Virus record (IMG/VR): IMGVR_UViG_3300022074_000038
Span: 1 to 61,593 of that record
Direction: 5' to 3' (one strand)
DNA length: 61,593 bases
Source of the DNA: a virus
Lineage: Duplodnaviria > Caudoviricetes
Positions 1 to 9,892 of this stretch are shown piece by piece. Position numbers and translations under genes: made by a program. The notes beneath the pieces are model-generated. The model had not been told where the DNA came from and did no database searches. It was given only the letters and a program-made list of their open reading frames with translations. Positions within the stretch are counted from its first letter, which is position 1. Every line of letters begins with the position of its first letter.

Positions 1-551
1 TCGTTTACATTATACGGCAAACCCAAAAAGTTCTTTCCGTAATAAGTTCCATCAGGGCGTTGATATATAGTCTGCTCTGTATATGGATTGGTGTAGGGTA
101 AATCTACATTGCTAGTGTCATAAGCCACCTGACCCAAAGTGTTAATGGGGCTTATGAAGGGTTCTAGTAATCCAATTTTCTGGTCTTGCTCTCTCAATAA
201 AGCAACAGAACTAGCATATGGAGTTTGCGCATTAGAAAAATCTGGTTCTCCTTCCAGCTTTTCAATCGCGTCTCTCTCTGCCTGAGTCATGTCAAGAATA
301 AATTGTGGAGTGTTACCTGCGGCTGCCTGATAATCCTTTGGTGCCATAAGGGGTCCACCGCCGTAAGACACTTGGGCATTACCAAAGCCTGTAGAAATGG
401 CTGGCTGGAAATCAGAGGCTATATTATTAGGGTTGTTATCTTGCCCGCCGCCACCAGTTGCTTGGCGATTTAACTTTCTTGCTACTTCTGCTCTCGCCGC
501 GTTTCCTAAACTACCTTCCAGAGCCTGCGACTCTTCATAAGTTATTCCCAT
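1..551 (-). CDS. Hypothetical (probably virion) protein, runs off the left window edge
   Basis: Not in the ORF track. Manual translation from ATG at 549-551 (overlapping the upstream stop as TAATG) gives MGITYEESQALEGSLGNAARAEVARKLN...GKNFLGLPYNVN, open to base 1. Confidence 0.75.
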   Translation of the reverse strand, partial: MGITYEESQALEGSLGNAARAEVARKLNRQATGGGGQDNNPNNIASDFQPAISTGFGNAQVSYGGGPLMAPKDYQAAAGNTPQFILDMTQAERDAIEKLEGEPDFSNAQTPYASSVALLREQDQKIGLLEPFISPINTLGQVAYDTSNVDLPYTNPYTEQTIYQRPDGTYYGKNFLGLPYNVN

Positions 552-760
552 TACTTAGACCCCGCTTCTTTGCTCATCCAGATGCCAAAGCATCCTGTGA
601 GTGCGCCCATGCAGACAGATACCAAACCTGCCGACTGCGTAGTGTGTGATTCTGGTGGCAAGTTCATAAACCAATGCACTGCCTGATAGGTCAACACCGT
701 GACAACAAACATCATCAGTCGGGGAAACACCTTCCAATCGTCTATAATATTCTTAGCCAT
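551..760 (-). CDS. Small two-TM membrane protein, putative holin
   Basis: 69 aa with two hydrophobic segments (FPRLMMFVVTVLTYQAVHWF; AGLVSVCMGALTGCFGIW), at the end of the tail module. Confidence 0.55.
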   Translation of the reverse strand: MAKNIIDDWKVFPRLMMFVVTVLTYQAVHWFMNLPPESHTTQSAGLVSVCMGALTGCFGIWMSKEAGSK

Positions 761-769
761 GTCAGTCTC

Positions 770-1168
770 CTACGTCGATACCGCTGCCCGTGTATCAACA
801 CGCAGCCAATTAGATCCATCACCAAACGCAACAACAGGGCTACCTGCTGCCCCATCAGAAACGTATATTAATGTGCCAGTCTCAACGGTTGGTAATGTTG
901 ATACTGTATATGTGGGCAGTGGCATACCCACAGTATTTTTTGCTGCCGTAGCAGACTTGAGTCTAAGAACCGTATTGCTTTCATATACGGTGCCAACCTC
1001 ATCACCAGATAAAGAAGATGCTGGGATCTCAATGAGTATAGGCTTTGCTATAGCGGGGTTTGTAATCTGGGTAGCAAACACAGAGAACGCACGAACCACC
1101 TCTGCCATATACTGTTGTGTATACTGGGGCGGTGGTACTGGAAAGAATGGTACTGGAGCTATAGACAT
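770..1168 (-). CDS. Putative tail-associated structural protein
   Basis: 132 aa, translationally coupled to the upstream tail gene; C-terminal LPT..GTLIYVSDG..DGSNW motif typical of fibre or head-decoration domains. Confidence 0.55.
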   Translation of the reverse strand: MSIAPVPFFPVPPPQYTQQYMAEVVRAFSVFATQITNPAIAKPILIEIPASSLSGDEVGTVYESNTVLRLKSATAAKNTVGMPLPTYTVSTLPTVETGTLIYVSDGAAGSPVVAFGDGSNWLRVDTRAAVST

Positions 1169-3363
1169 TATCTTCTCCCGTCCGATCTTATATCAACGCG
1201 GGGGATACCTAATCGCCACAACACATCTGCATCTGTTGACTGGACTTTAAACGTAAAGCTACGGCCTCGCAGTCTGGTCTGATACTGGCTGGTATACTGA
1301 TCTACAGGAACATTAGATGTCTTTGTAATAGTATCAGTATTGGTTGTTTGAGCCACCTGACCGGGTGCGTTCTTGGCGCTGAGAATAAAATCTACCGTAG
1401 TATTGTTTACGTTAGTATCTCTGAAGTTAAGATCAGGGATTACTCTGGTAACAAAAGAGAATTGGTTTCCGTCAGAAACTCCAAGATCACCCGACTCAAT
1501 AAAGGAGGTCATGGCAGCGCCATCTGCTTTTGCGCCCACCTCATGGTTAAATAAATAGTTGTCTGTACCTGTGCCCACAGGAAGCGAGGATATCCCACGA
1601 TCAAGCCATGCTGTACGGTCCAAAGTGCCTATGTACCAGATGCCTTCTTGGTAGTTATAGACTACATACTTGTCATTTTCAGTAGAGCTTGCGGATGGGT
1701 AGAACCACCACACTTCAGAGAATGATATGTTTGATCCCGCAATAACCTTATCAGACTGTGCAGTGTTGAAGTTATCAAACACATGGTCACGAACCGTACA
1801 AGGCAGGCGCTGCACTGCACCGTTATAGGCATAGAACTCCGCTGCGCCCATCCAGTACACCGCATCATCCACGGCAACTGCCGCCTTTGGTGAAGTAATG
1901 CTTATGTTGCTTGAAATAAGGTTGATACCAAACGTAAACGGTGGCCCAATAAACTGCATTGCGTAGATGGCAACGTCAGTAAATACTAGGATTTGCTGCC
2001 TTGTCTCTACGGCTTGTACGATCTTTGAGCCAGAATCAATTCGTAGATCACCCGCTGTATTTGTAGTAGTCGGATACCAGTCAATAGGGTTCTCTTGACT
2101 TGAGAACCTAATCAGCATTGGGTCTTGAGTCTCATCACCTTTTGGAGCAGACGAACTTCCCCCTAAACCATCCGCACCAAAAGCAATCACATGCCTGTCA
2201 CGATCTGATAAAAGTATTTGCGCTGCTTTCTGGGGCACAGATGTTGGAGTTCCCGTCAGCGTAGAAAGTTCTATGCCCCTTGTAGTTACACCGTTTGTTT
2301 TATCCCAATAGAACACCTGACCGTTACGCTCGTTAAAGATAAGGTCTTCGCCAAAATTATCATGCGACCAAATACGCAGGTTTGTAGTTGCGGTTTGGGT
2401 TCCCGTGGCAACTGCTTCACCCCACCCATTAAAGTTATTAGCACTGTCTGTGTTGCCCAACGTAAGGAATATGTTTGCACCGTTGCTATGTGTGGCAGCA
2501 CTACTTCCACGGGTTCCGCGAGTAACTGTCAACGTATCTGTAGCGACTGATCCCACTGTCATAAGTTCACTGCCCACCAAAACAACATCGTTAGTTGCAA
2601 AGTTTGAACCTTGACTTGACGCTACGTCTACCCCTGTCTCAGATGCATCTAAATCTTCTGCTATAGTAGTTTGGAATGCAGAGTTATTTGTTCCACCCCA
2701 AAGTCCAGCGCCCCAACCAGCGCCTTCAACAGAGGAGTTGAGGCCTGTTCCTATTTGGTAGGTGCCAACAGTGCTACTCCCACCGTTACCTGTATCGCTT
2801 CCGTTGGCGTTTACAGCCGTAGCGTTTAGACCGCCAGTAATAGTAATGCTAGGGATAGTGCTAACAGTACGCGCAGATATCTTGTACGAATTTCCGTTTA
2901 CAACTTCTGTAACTTGGTACTCTTGGTTGAGAACCGCCGCCGTTATGTTGCCGCCTAAAGATGCCGCTCCAGAAAACGTGACAAAATCATTTGCAACACA
3001 ACCATGATTTACTTCTGTAACTACGATTACAGGAGATCCGTTTGTTGCAGCGAAGGTAACATCTCCCGCAGATGTGGTTAATCTAATAGGGGTAATGTCA
3101 TTATAATCTGTACCCTGCTTGATGTAATACTTTTGCTCTGTGCCTACACCTAGAAACTTTTCCCCATTGAGTGCAACCCATTCATGCAGTCCACGGCACA
3201 GTCCAAGAAAAGCGTTACCTGAGTTCTTCTCCCACCCATTGAGCTTTTCTGGATACCCAAACCTAAAGCGCACCTTATCGCAGTCTACCCACCCATTCTC
3301 CTCAGAGTACGGGGTAATCTCTTTGTTAATTCCAGCTTTAAATCTAAGGTCCGTATAGGGCAT
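1168..3363 (-). CDS. Tail hub / DNA stabilization protein (P22 gp10-like, tail tubular B-like)
   Basis: 731 aa, beta-propeller-like (IRFSSQEN, VWWFYPS, YVVYNYQEGIWYIG), with an inserted Thr/Gly-rich domain; tail-module position. Confidence 0.7.
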   Translation of the reverse strand: MPYTDLRFKAGINKEITPYSEENGWVDCDKVRFRFGYPEKLNGWEKNSGNAFLGLCRGLHEWVALNGEKFLGVGTEQKYYIKQGTDYNDITPIRLTTSAGDVTFAATNGSPVIVVTEVNHGCVANDFVTFSGAASLGGNITAAVLNQEYQVTEVVNGNSYKISARTVSTIPSITITGGLNATAVNANGSDTGNGGSSTVGTYQIGTGLNSSVEGAGWGAGLWGGTNNSAFQTTIAEDLDASETGVDVASSQGSNFATNDVVLVGSELMTVGSVATDTLTVTRGTRGSSAATHSNGANIFLTLGNTDSANNFNGWGEAVATGTQTATTNLRIWSHDNFGEDLIFNERNGQVFYWDKTNGVTTRGIELSTLTGTPTSVPQKAAQILLSDRDRHVIAFGADGLGGSSSAPKGDETQDPMLIRFSSQENPIDWYPTTTNTAGDLRIDSGSKIVQAVETRQQILVFTDVAIYAMQFIGPPFTFGINLISSNISITSPKAAVAVDDAVYWMGAAEFYAYNGAVQRLPCTVRDHVFDNFNTAQSDKVIAGSNISFSEVWWFYPSASSTENDKYVVYNYQEGIWYIGTLDRTAWLDRGISSLPVGTGTDNYLFNHEVGAKADGAAMTSFIESGDLGVSDGNQFSFVTRVIPDLNFRDTNVNNTTVDFILSAKNAPGQVAQTTNTDTITKTSNVPVDQYTSQYQTRLRGRSFTFKVQSTDADVLWRLGIPRVDIRSDGRR

Positions 3364-4493
3364 TAAGTGTTCACCTCGTAATGGTTGGCAATAATTGCGC
3401 CAGAGCCGCCCCTGCCGGGTTGCACATTAGTCCCCGGTTGATTTACAGAGCCGCTGGTCCCAGCATTACTTGAACCGCCGCCACCGCAACCGTAACCAAA
3501 ATCATTTACGTTACCTTGAAGACCCGTACCCCCTGCACAAGAAGCAACCGCACTTCCTGCTATGATGCCGTTTACACCATTCCAACTACTTGGTTGAGTA
3601 ACTGTTTGAGCATTTAATATCTGCGTAATGCCGCTAGAAACAATAGTGTCAGATGCTTGACTTCCCTCTCCAAAGTTTGGAGATCCCCCTGTAGACGATG
3701 CCGCATCATCACTTCCAACATTTATAGCCTCTGAAGGGCTTCCTGTATAGAACAGGAGAGAAAGCTTCCCAGAAACGTCTGCACTTGTAGCACTAGCACT
3801 TCCAGCTAAACCTGCGGAAGCGCCCCCATATTGACCACCTGTGGTGGTGTTCCCGTTATCAGAGGTTGTAGAGTAAGGCGCGGCTAAAGGATTAGTGTAG
3901 GTAACTCCCCCTTGACGACCACCAAAACCTTTACCGCCACCCGTTGCAGTTACTGTTACAGTAACATTTCCGTTAGGAGAGAATGTAGTAGATCCACCAT
4001 CCACACCTGCTCTAGTTGAACCATCATCATTTGCTAGTCCCAAAGAAGCCGCAGGTCTAGTAGCAATCGCAACAGTAGCAGAAGTCATACCCGTTGCAGT
4101 AGAAGAAATTATAACTTTTCCACATCCTGCACCGCCGCCGCCAGAGCCTGACTTTTCTCTACCGCCATCTCCATTACTACCCCCACCAGTACCCCCTGCG
4201 CCTATAACCCAAATATGATGTTCTACCGTTCCTGATTCGCTGGGAGTGAAAGTAGTGCCTGTAGTTTGAACCTGTGTATCACCCTTTTTCTTTAGTATCC
4301 TGTTTTTACTACGGAAGTCGGACATTTTAAGTGCTGATCCAGCCGCAGGCAAACTGCTAGGAACGGGGTTAGTACCCCCATTAAGATTTGCATTAAGAGA
4401 TACAGACCCAGTAAGGCCATAATAATCACGCAACTCACTCATAGATATCGAGCCGCTTGCATGTCCAAAGTTATCCGCTGAAGTTATTGTCAT
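3363..4493 (-). CDS. Glycine-rich tail fibre adhesin / receptor-binding protein
   Basis: 376 aa; N-terminal SGSISMSELRDYYG motif and polyglycine blocks (GAGGTGGG, GSGGGGAG, GGGGSS). Confidence 0.65.
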   Translation of the reverse strand: MTITSADNFGHASGSISMSELRDYYGLTGSVSLNANLNGGTNPVPSSLPAAGSALKMSDFRSKNRILKKKGDTQVQTTGTTFTPSESGTVEHHIWVIGAGGTGGGSNGDGGREKSGSGGGGAGCGKVIISSTATGMTSATVAIATRPAASLGLANDDGSTRAGVDGGSTTFSPNGNVTVTVTATGGGKGFGGRQGGVTYTNPLAAPYSTTSDNGNTTTGGQYGGASAGLAGSASATSADVSGKLSLLFYTGSPSEAINVGSDDAASSTGGSPNFGEGSQASDTIVSSGITQILNAQTVTQPSSWNGVNGIIAGSAVASCAGGTGLQGNVNDFGYGCGGGGSSNAGTSGSVNQPGTNVQPGRGGSGAIIANHYEVNT

Positions 4494-6655
4494 TATAAGC
4501 TACCAAAGGATGTTACATCTCCCGCAACAACTAAATTCCCGCTAGTATCTATTCTAGCTAATGAGGTTCCGTTGTACTGGATTACTAAGCGATTGCTACC
4601 GTCTACTTCAAAAGTCCAGTCTTGAGCGCCACCAGTAAGTTTAATTTCTCCCCCTGCTTTTAAATCTGCCCCTGCCTCAACATCTGCAACAGCGTAGATA
4701 TCGTTGTCTGTAGGTGATGTTGCATCTCCAACGCGAAGACCTGCAAGAGAATTTAATCCTGCACTGGTAATTCTTAATTTTTCAGATAGAGAGCCTGCAA
4801 TATTTAAATCAAGTTTTATTGTATTTGCCGTATCTAAAGTAAACGCACCTTTCGTTGCTCCACCAGCTTGCAAATAAATTTGATCCCCATCAGCATCTAA
4901 ATAAATGTCACCTGAAGCATCTATTGTAAAATCACCCGTCTTAGTTACATTTCCTGTAAGTGCCGCTGCCGTAGTGGCTGTCGCTGCATTCCCCGTAATG
5001 TCTGAACTTATGCTGGAAGGGAGCCTTGCGTCATTTACGGTCCCGCTGTCTAGGTTTGACGCATTTAAGGACGTACCGTCGATCTTACTGTTAATCTGCG
5101 TTTGGATTGCAGACGTCACGCCATCGACGTAGTTAAGCTCTGCCGTTGTGGCAGTAACACCGTCCATAATGTTTAGTTCTGCGGTTGTGGCAGTGACGCC
5201 ATCCATAATGTTTAGTTCTGCGGTAGACGCCGTTAATCCATCTAAAATATCAAGTTCCGTTGTTGTTACGCCTGATACTGCAACCTTTCCGCTTGCATTT
5301 GATATAACCGCACGACTGGCTGTAAGATTAGCGTCATCAATAGTGGTAGCGGCTCCTGTGATGGTTGCCTGTTTGCTATCAATCTGCGTTTGAATAGCAG
5401 ACGTTACGCCATCAAGGTATCCCACCTCTGTGTTGGTGACAGGAGATACACTAACAGATCCCCCACTATCTGAAATCAAAGCTCTGTTCGCGGTTAAGGA
5501 TAGAGTGCCCTGCTTACTATCTATTTGCGTTTGGATGGCAGAGGTCACGCCATCTAAGTATCCAAGCTCTGTTGTAGTAACCGCAGATACCGCGATATCT
5601 CCTCCCGCATCAGAAGTTAAAGCACGGCTTGCTGTTAGATCTGACATGCGAACCACAGCCTTGCCACCCATGCCTGAGTGATTGGAGCAATAGTAGTACA
5701 AAACCGCAGGAGCATCTTGCTCTAGCTTTACTTGCGTATAAGCACCTGCACTCCCCGGTGTTCCCGCAGTTGTAACCCCTGTTGTAAACGGAGCATTAGG
5801 CGAGTTGTTATCATTGGTTGAAAACCGCAACGGATGGCTACTATTAGAAGCATCTGATTGATCAAATCTGTATGTGACAGAAGGCTTTAACTCCACCGTC
5901 TGTTGTAAAGATCCATCAATATAGTATCTATTACCTGAACCGGGATTTGCCACTGTTACAATTACAGTCCCAAGAGGTTGCTTTGCGTCAATCTGGGTTT
6001 GGATTGCAGACGTAACACCGTCCACATAATTTAGCTCCGCAGCCGTAGCTGTGATAGATGTGCCCGCTATCTGTAGCGTGGTGGCGTTTACCTCGCCAGA
6101 TGATCCGTAAATTACGGCTTTACTGTTAGCGATGGTGCCCGCACCAGAGCCATCTAGCAAATTTAATTCTGCGCCAGAAGTGGTGACGCTAGTAGCACCA
6201 ACATTAAATGGGCTAGATAAGTCCGTTACGTTCTGAACCGCAGCGGTAAAATCGGTTACTGCCGCACCAGAGCCTGCACCATCTGCAAGAACAATAGCTC
6301 CCTTACCAACCTCAAGAGTAACATTTCCACCAGACCCCTGCGTTATAATCAACGCTTGGTTTGTTGAGTTTAGCAACATATACATTCTGGCTTTATCATT
6401 TTGCGCCAAAGTTACCGTACATGTGCCGCCGGGAGATCCCGTAAACTTTATGGCTTTGTAGTGCCCGTTTTCCGCAGAAGAAGGTTGTGCCGATAGGGCA
6501 AGAGTGTAACTGGTTGAGCTTAGAGCAATGGACTCAAAACCGTTTGCTGCACGATCTAATATTTGAAGGTTGACGTTAGTACTAGAACCCCACGTTCCAG
6601 CCTCATCACCTGTGGTTATTAGTTTAACGCCATTTGCGTCTGTATATGTAGCCAT
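4493..6655 (-). CDS. Tail fibre protein with repeats and a cupredoxin-like insert
   Basis: 720 aa; ExxYxDGVTSAIQTQIxxK repeated 4 times; TAELNIMDGV repeats; HPLRFS...YYYCSNHSGMG motif. Confidence 0.7.
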   Translation of the reverse strand: MATYTDANGVKLITTGDEAGTWGSSTNVNLQILDRAANGFESIALSSTSYTLALSAQPSSAENGHYKAIKFTGSPGGTCTVTLAQNDKARMYMLLNSTNQALIITQGSGGNVTLEVGKGAIVLADGAGSGAAVTDFTAAVQNVTDLSSPFNVGATSVTTSGAELNLLDGSGAGTIANSKAVIYGSSGEVNATTLQIAGTSITATAAELNYVDGVTSAIQTQIDAKQPLGTVIVTVANPGSGNRYYIDGSLQQTVELKPSVTYRFDQSDASNSSHPLRFSTNDNNSPNAPFTTGVTTAGTPGSAGAYTQVKLEQDAPAVLYYYCSNHSGMGGKAVVRMSDLTASRALTSDAGGDIAVSAVTTTELGYLDGVTSAIQTQIDSKQGTLSLTANRALISDSGGSVSVSPVTNTEVGYLDGVTSAIQTQIDSKQATITGAATTIDDANLTASRAVISNASGKVAVSGVTTTELDILDGLTASTAELNIMDGVTATTAELNIMDGVTATTAELNYVDGVTSAIQTQINSKIDGTSLNASNLDSGTVNDARLPSSISSDITGNAATATTAAALTGNVTKTGDFTIDASGDIYLDADGDQIYLQAGGATKGAFTLDTANTIKLDLNIAGSLSEKLRITSAGLNSLAGLRVGDATSPTDNDIYAVADVEAGADLKAGGEIKLTGGAQDWTFEVDGSNRLVIQYNGTSLARIDTSGNLVVAGDVTSFGSL

Positions 6656-6709
6656 CTGAGCGCCTATCTAAAAAGTTCAATTGCACTTAATATACTTTTT
6701 ATTCCGTTT

Positions 6710-8119
6710 TTAAGCAACAAGTGTCCATTGTGGATCTTGTGCGGGTGTAACTGTAGCCCAATTTGGGTCTTGATCGGGTAGTATTAAACCGTAAACAGCA
6801 GCGCCCCCAATGAATACGGTTATTGAAACTCCCTCTACGGCCTCTCCTAGCTTCATTGTAACATCCTGTCCAGCAACACTGAACTGCCCAACATCTAAAG
6901 CTTCTGTGAATTTAGCGTTTGCATTGAAGCCTGTTAGAGAGAATGAACCTGCATCTAAAGACAGACTAAACGCAATGCCAAGTCCAACATCTTGCCCTGT
7001 AACGGCAAAAGATCCAGCATCCGCGTCAATAACTTTATCTACTTTGAAAGTAACGGCTTGACCTGTAAGAGCGATAGACCCTTGATCTAATGCAACGCTG
7101 CCCACAAACCTTGTGGAGAGGTCTTGCCCTGTGACTGTAAAACTACCTGCCTCAAGGTTAGCAGTCTTTTTAAAGTTTATCGCTTGACCCGTAAGGGCAA
7201 AGGAACCGTGGTCAATAACCTCTGTTATCTTGCGGTTAGCTGTAAATCCTGTAAGAGCGAAGCTACCAGCTTCTGCGTTCATAGATTTCTGGAAGTTTAA
7301 GTTTTGTCCGTTTGCAGCAAAGCTTCCATGCGCCAACTCTTCACGCATTGCAATCGGTGTACCTACTGCTTGCCCAGTAACCGCAAATGATCCCCTGTCG
7401 GGCTGTTCCCGCAAGGCAATTACCGTTCCCGTATCTTGACCCGTCAGTGCAAAGGAACCAAAGCCCAGAACTCTTGATACCTTGGTATCCACATTCTGCA
7501 TTGTAAGCGCAAAGGAACCCTGATCCAGTATGGCACTTACCTGCACACCAAAATCTATGGCCTGACCAGAAGCTGCAAAGCTACCGTGATCCGCAGTCAG
7601 TCGCATTGCTTTTTTAAGGTCAGATGTTTGCCCTGTTAGGTTGAAACCACCTGTTTCAAAGATTTCACCTACAAGACCAGACGCGGCCTGACCTGTTACA
7701 GCAAAGCTGCCCTGATCTAAGATTGCACTTACATCTAGTGCAGGAGAGAATGCTTGACCTGTAAGAGCAAAAGATCCTGTTTCTCCACCACCGGGAAGAC
7801 CAAAGCCTAAATCAAATGTAACATTCTGCCCTGTTGCGGAGAAGCTGCCGTGATCCAGAACCTCATTAAGTCCAATCCCAACATTTTGCCCAGTTACAGA
7901 GAAAGATCCTGCATCCAAGGTTACACGATTAGTAACATCAATGTTTATTGTCTGACCCGTTGTAGCAAAGCTACCCGTCCCAAAGCCATCACTGAGGGCT
8001 ATGTTAGTTCCCGCCGCCTGACCTGTAGTAGCAAAAGATCCATGATCTAGGCTGACAATAATAATCTCATGTCCAGAAGACGCGAGTGCAGATCCTGCTA
8101 TGGGGCTGTAACCTAACAT
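6710..8119 (-). CDS. Repeat-rich virion/tail protein (GSFxxTGQ repeats)
   Basis: 469 aa with about 19 copies of a ~20-25 aa unit containing xxGSFxxTGQ. Confidence 0.65.
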   Translation of the reverse strand: MLGYSPIAGSALASSGHEIIIVSLDHGSFATTGQAAGTNIALSDGFGTGSFATTGQTINIDVTNRVTLDAGSFSVTGQNVGIGLNEVLDHGSFSATGQNVTFDLGFGLPGGGETGSFALTGQAFSPALDVSAILDQGSFAVTGQAASGLVGEIFETGGFNLTGQTSDLKKAMRLTADHGSFAASGQAIDFGVQVSAILDQGSFALTMQNVDTKVSRVLGFGSFALTGQDTGTVIALREQPDRGSFAVTGQAVGTPIAMREELAHGSFAANGQNLNFQKSMNAEAGSFALTGFTANRKITEVIDHGSFALTGQAINFKKTANLEAGSFTVTGQDLSTRFVGSVALDQGSIALTGQAVTFKVDKVIDADAGSFAVTGQDVGLGIAFSLSLDAGSFSLTGFNANAKFTEALDVGQFSVAGQDVTMKLGEAVEGVSITVFIGGAAVYGLILPDQDPNWATVTPAQDPQWTLVA

Positions 8120-8140
8120 AGCACGAAACTAACATTGTTT

Positions 8141-9892
8141 TTAGTTTGAGTCACCCTCATATCGGCAGGTCCACATGGTCAAGCTATACTTCTTTCCCCC
8201 ACGCAAAGGCAGAACCTTATGTCCATGTGTTACCATAGATGGAAACAAAATGCACTGTCCAACTTTTACATTCTTGTTTGTAAACTCTTGTCTGGGGAAA
8301 ACAAGCTCCGCACCAGCGTAATTGTCGTTGAGCTTTACGCTGCCTGTGAACAAAGAGGCATCTGTGTGCAGGCCTAATTCTGTCTGTGTGTCCATAGAAT
8401 AACGCATAGTAAAAGCATCACGCAATCCAAGGTAGGCTTCTGGATGCCAATGCTTCTCGCATATCTTACTAAGCTTATCTGCCCATTGTTCTGATATCTC
8501 GTCCCAAAATCCTAGTTCTTTAAGCCTTATCTCTTGCGCTGGAAACTTATCACCATCAAGCTCTCCCCATCTACCAAGGCTTTCTGATGCTTCAATGTAT
8601 CGTTGACACTGGGCCTCTGACATAAATTCAGCTACCAGTATTTCTGGTGCAACCTCTTCGTACTTAAGACCCTTATGGTATGTAGGAGATAAAACCTCTG
8701 CCTCTTCTACATATCCAAACTTATCTGCAAGATTTTTAAATCTTACCTTTGCGTCATCTCCACCGTTGCCGTGGTAAATACATGGGCAGCACATGCCGTT
8801 TGATAGTTGACCGTTAATAATCTTAATATCGTCATCACATTGAAAGATGTAGCCTTCGTAATCTAAATTAGCAGAAGCCGTGGATTGCCAGTCAGATGAT
8901 AAAAATCTTTTTTGCATCCATAGTTGATCATCAGAGTCATTGGGCACTGCCTCATTAAGAAACTCTTTGAGCGTACTCACTTTACCTATGTACGCGCCGC
9001 TGTTTAAGTACCTATAGATTGTTGACAAAGGAAATTCTGAGGCCATCGTCGCATCGGGCCAACAATTTTTTTCTGCTGCGAATATGATATTCGCACCCAT
9101 GTCCTCATATCTCTCTAGGATAGTAGGCAGTGTGTCGTTTATGATAACATCATACCCATCCACAAATAGAACCACATCCCCATCATGCAGGGATTCAAGG
9201 TGGTTGCGTACAAGATTGATCTTTTGACCGCCACCTTGGGCTTCCATTGTGCCACCAGACCAAATTACTTGACGACCCAAATTTAAGTACGTTATCCCGT
9301 GCGCTTTTGCAGATTGCTCTAAAGCCCACATTTTCCTTTGATCTGTTCCAACTGTAAGTACATGTACCTGCATTGATTCCCCCTCAATCGTGCTTGGTCT
9401 AACTTCTCTAGGTATCTGCTTAACCACCTCTGGTGTAAAGAAAAAGTTCGATTGAACTTTTAACTTAGCAGGCACCCACTCATCTACAGGGATGATAGCA
9501 TCCTTGTAGCCCTCTATCAATCTCTTGGCGGTTTCTGGTCTAATAGCGTAAGCATGACAATTATACCAATAGCCAAGAGTATTAAGGCGGTATCCCAGCC
9601 AAACGCTATCATGCTCTTTCAATAAAGTATCTACCGCACTGGGGTCAATACTGTCGTAGACTGCATCCTCTTCAAGGATTATCCCGTTTCGATTTGACGC
9701 AACTATCTTTTTCCAAACTTCAAGATGGCTTACCGCGCAACCAAACTCCGTAACTAACAGGGGCCTGTCAAGTATTGGATCACGCCACTGCATGTTTCTA
9801 ACACAGCCCGTCTCTTCCTCTACGGTACTCCAGTCTTTTCCCCGTGCATCATACGCAGATCCATGCAGAGAAATCTGATATACTATTGCCAC
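8141..9892 (-). CDS. Multidomain collagen-modifying enzyme: GT25 (COLGALT-like) + PLOD-type glycosyltransferase + 2OG-Fe(II) lysyl-hydroxylase-like domain
   Basis: GT25 motifs WRDPILDRPL..EFGCAVSHLEVW, ILEED, IPVDEWVP. PLOD GT motifs GGGQKI, LFVDGYDV, FAAEKNCWP, YLNSGAYIG, DDQL, HGNG. Oxygenase motifs RY..LGLHTDAS, FPSMVTHGH, KYSL. Confidence 0.85.
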   Translation of the reverse strand: MAIVYQISLHGSAYDARGKDWSTVEEETGCVRNMQWRDPILDRPLLVTEFGCAVSHLEVWKKIVASNRNGIILEEDAVYDSIDPSAVDTLLKEHDSVWLGYRLNTLGYWYNCHAYAIRPETAKRLIEGYKDAIIPVDEWVPAKLKVQSNFFFTPEVVKQIPREVRPSTIEGESMQVHVLTVGTDQRKMWALEQSAKAHGITYLNLGRQVIWSGGTMEAQGGGQKINLVRNHLESLHDGDVVLFVDGYDVIINDTLPTILERYEDMGANIIFAAEKNCWPDATMASEFPLSTIYRYLNSGAYIGKVSTLKEFLNEAVPNDSDDQLWMQKRFLSSDWQSTASANLDYEGYIFQCDDDIKIINGQLSNGMCCPCIYHGNGGDDAKVRFKNLADKFGYVEEAEVLSPTYHKGLKYEEVAPEILVAEFMSEAQCQRYIEASESLGRWGELDGDKFPAQEIRLKELGFWDEISEQWADKLSKICEKHWHPEAYLGLRDAFTMRYSMDTQTELGLHTDASLFTGSVKLNDNYAGAELVFPRQEFTNKNVKVGQCILFPSMVTHGHKVLPLRGGKKYSLTMWTCRYEGDSN

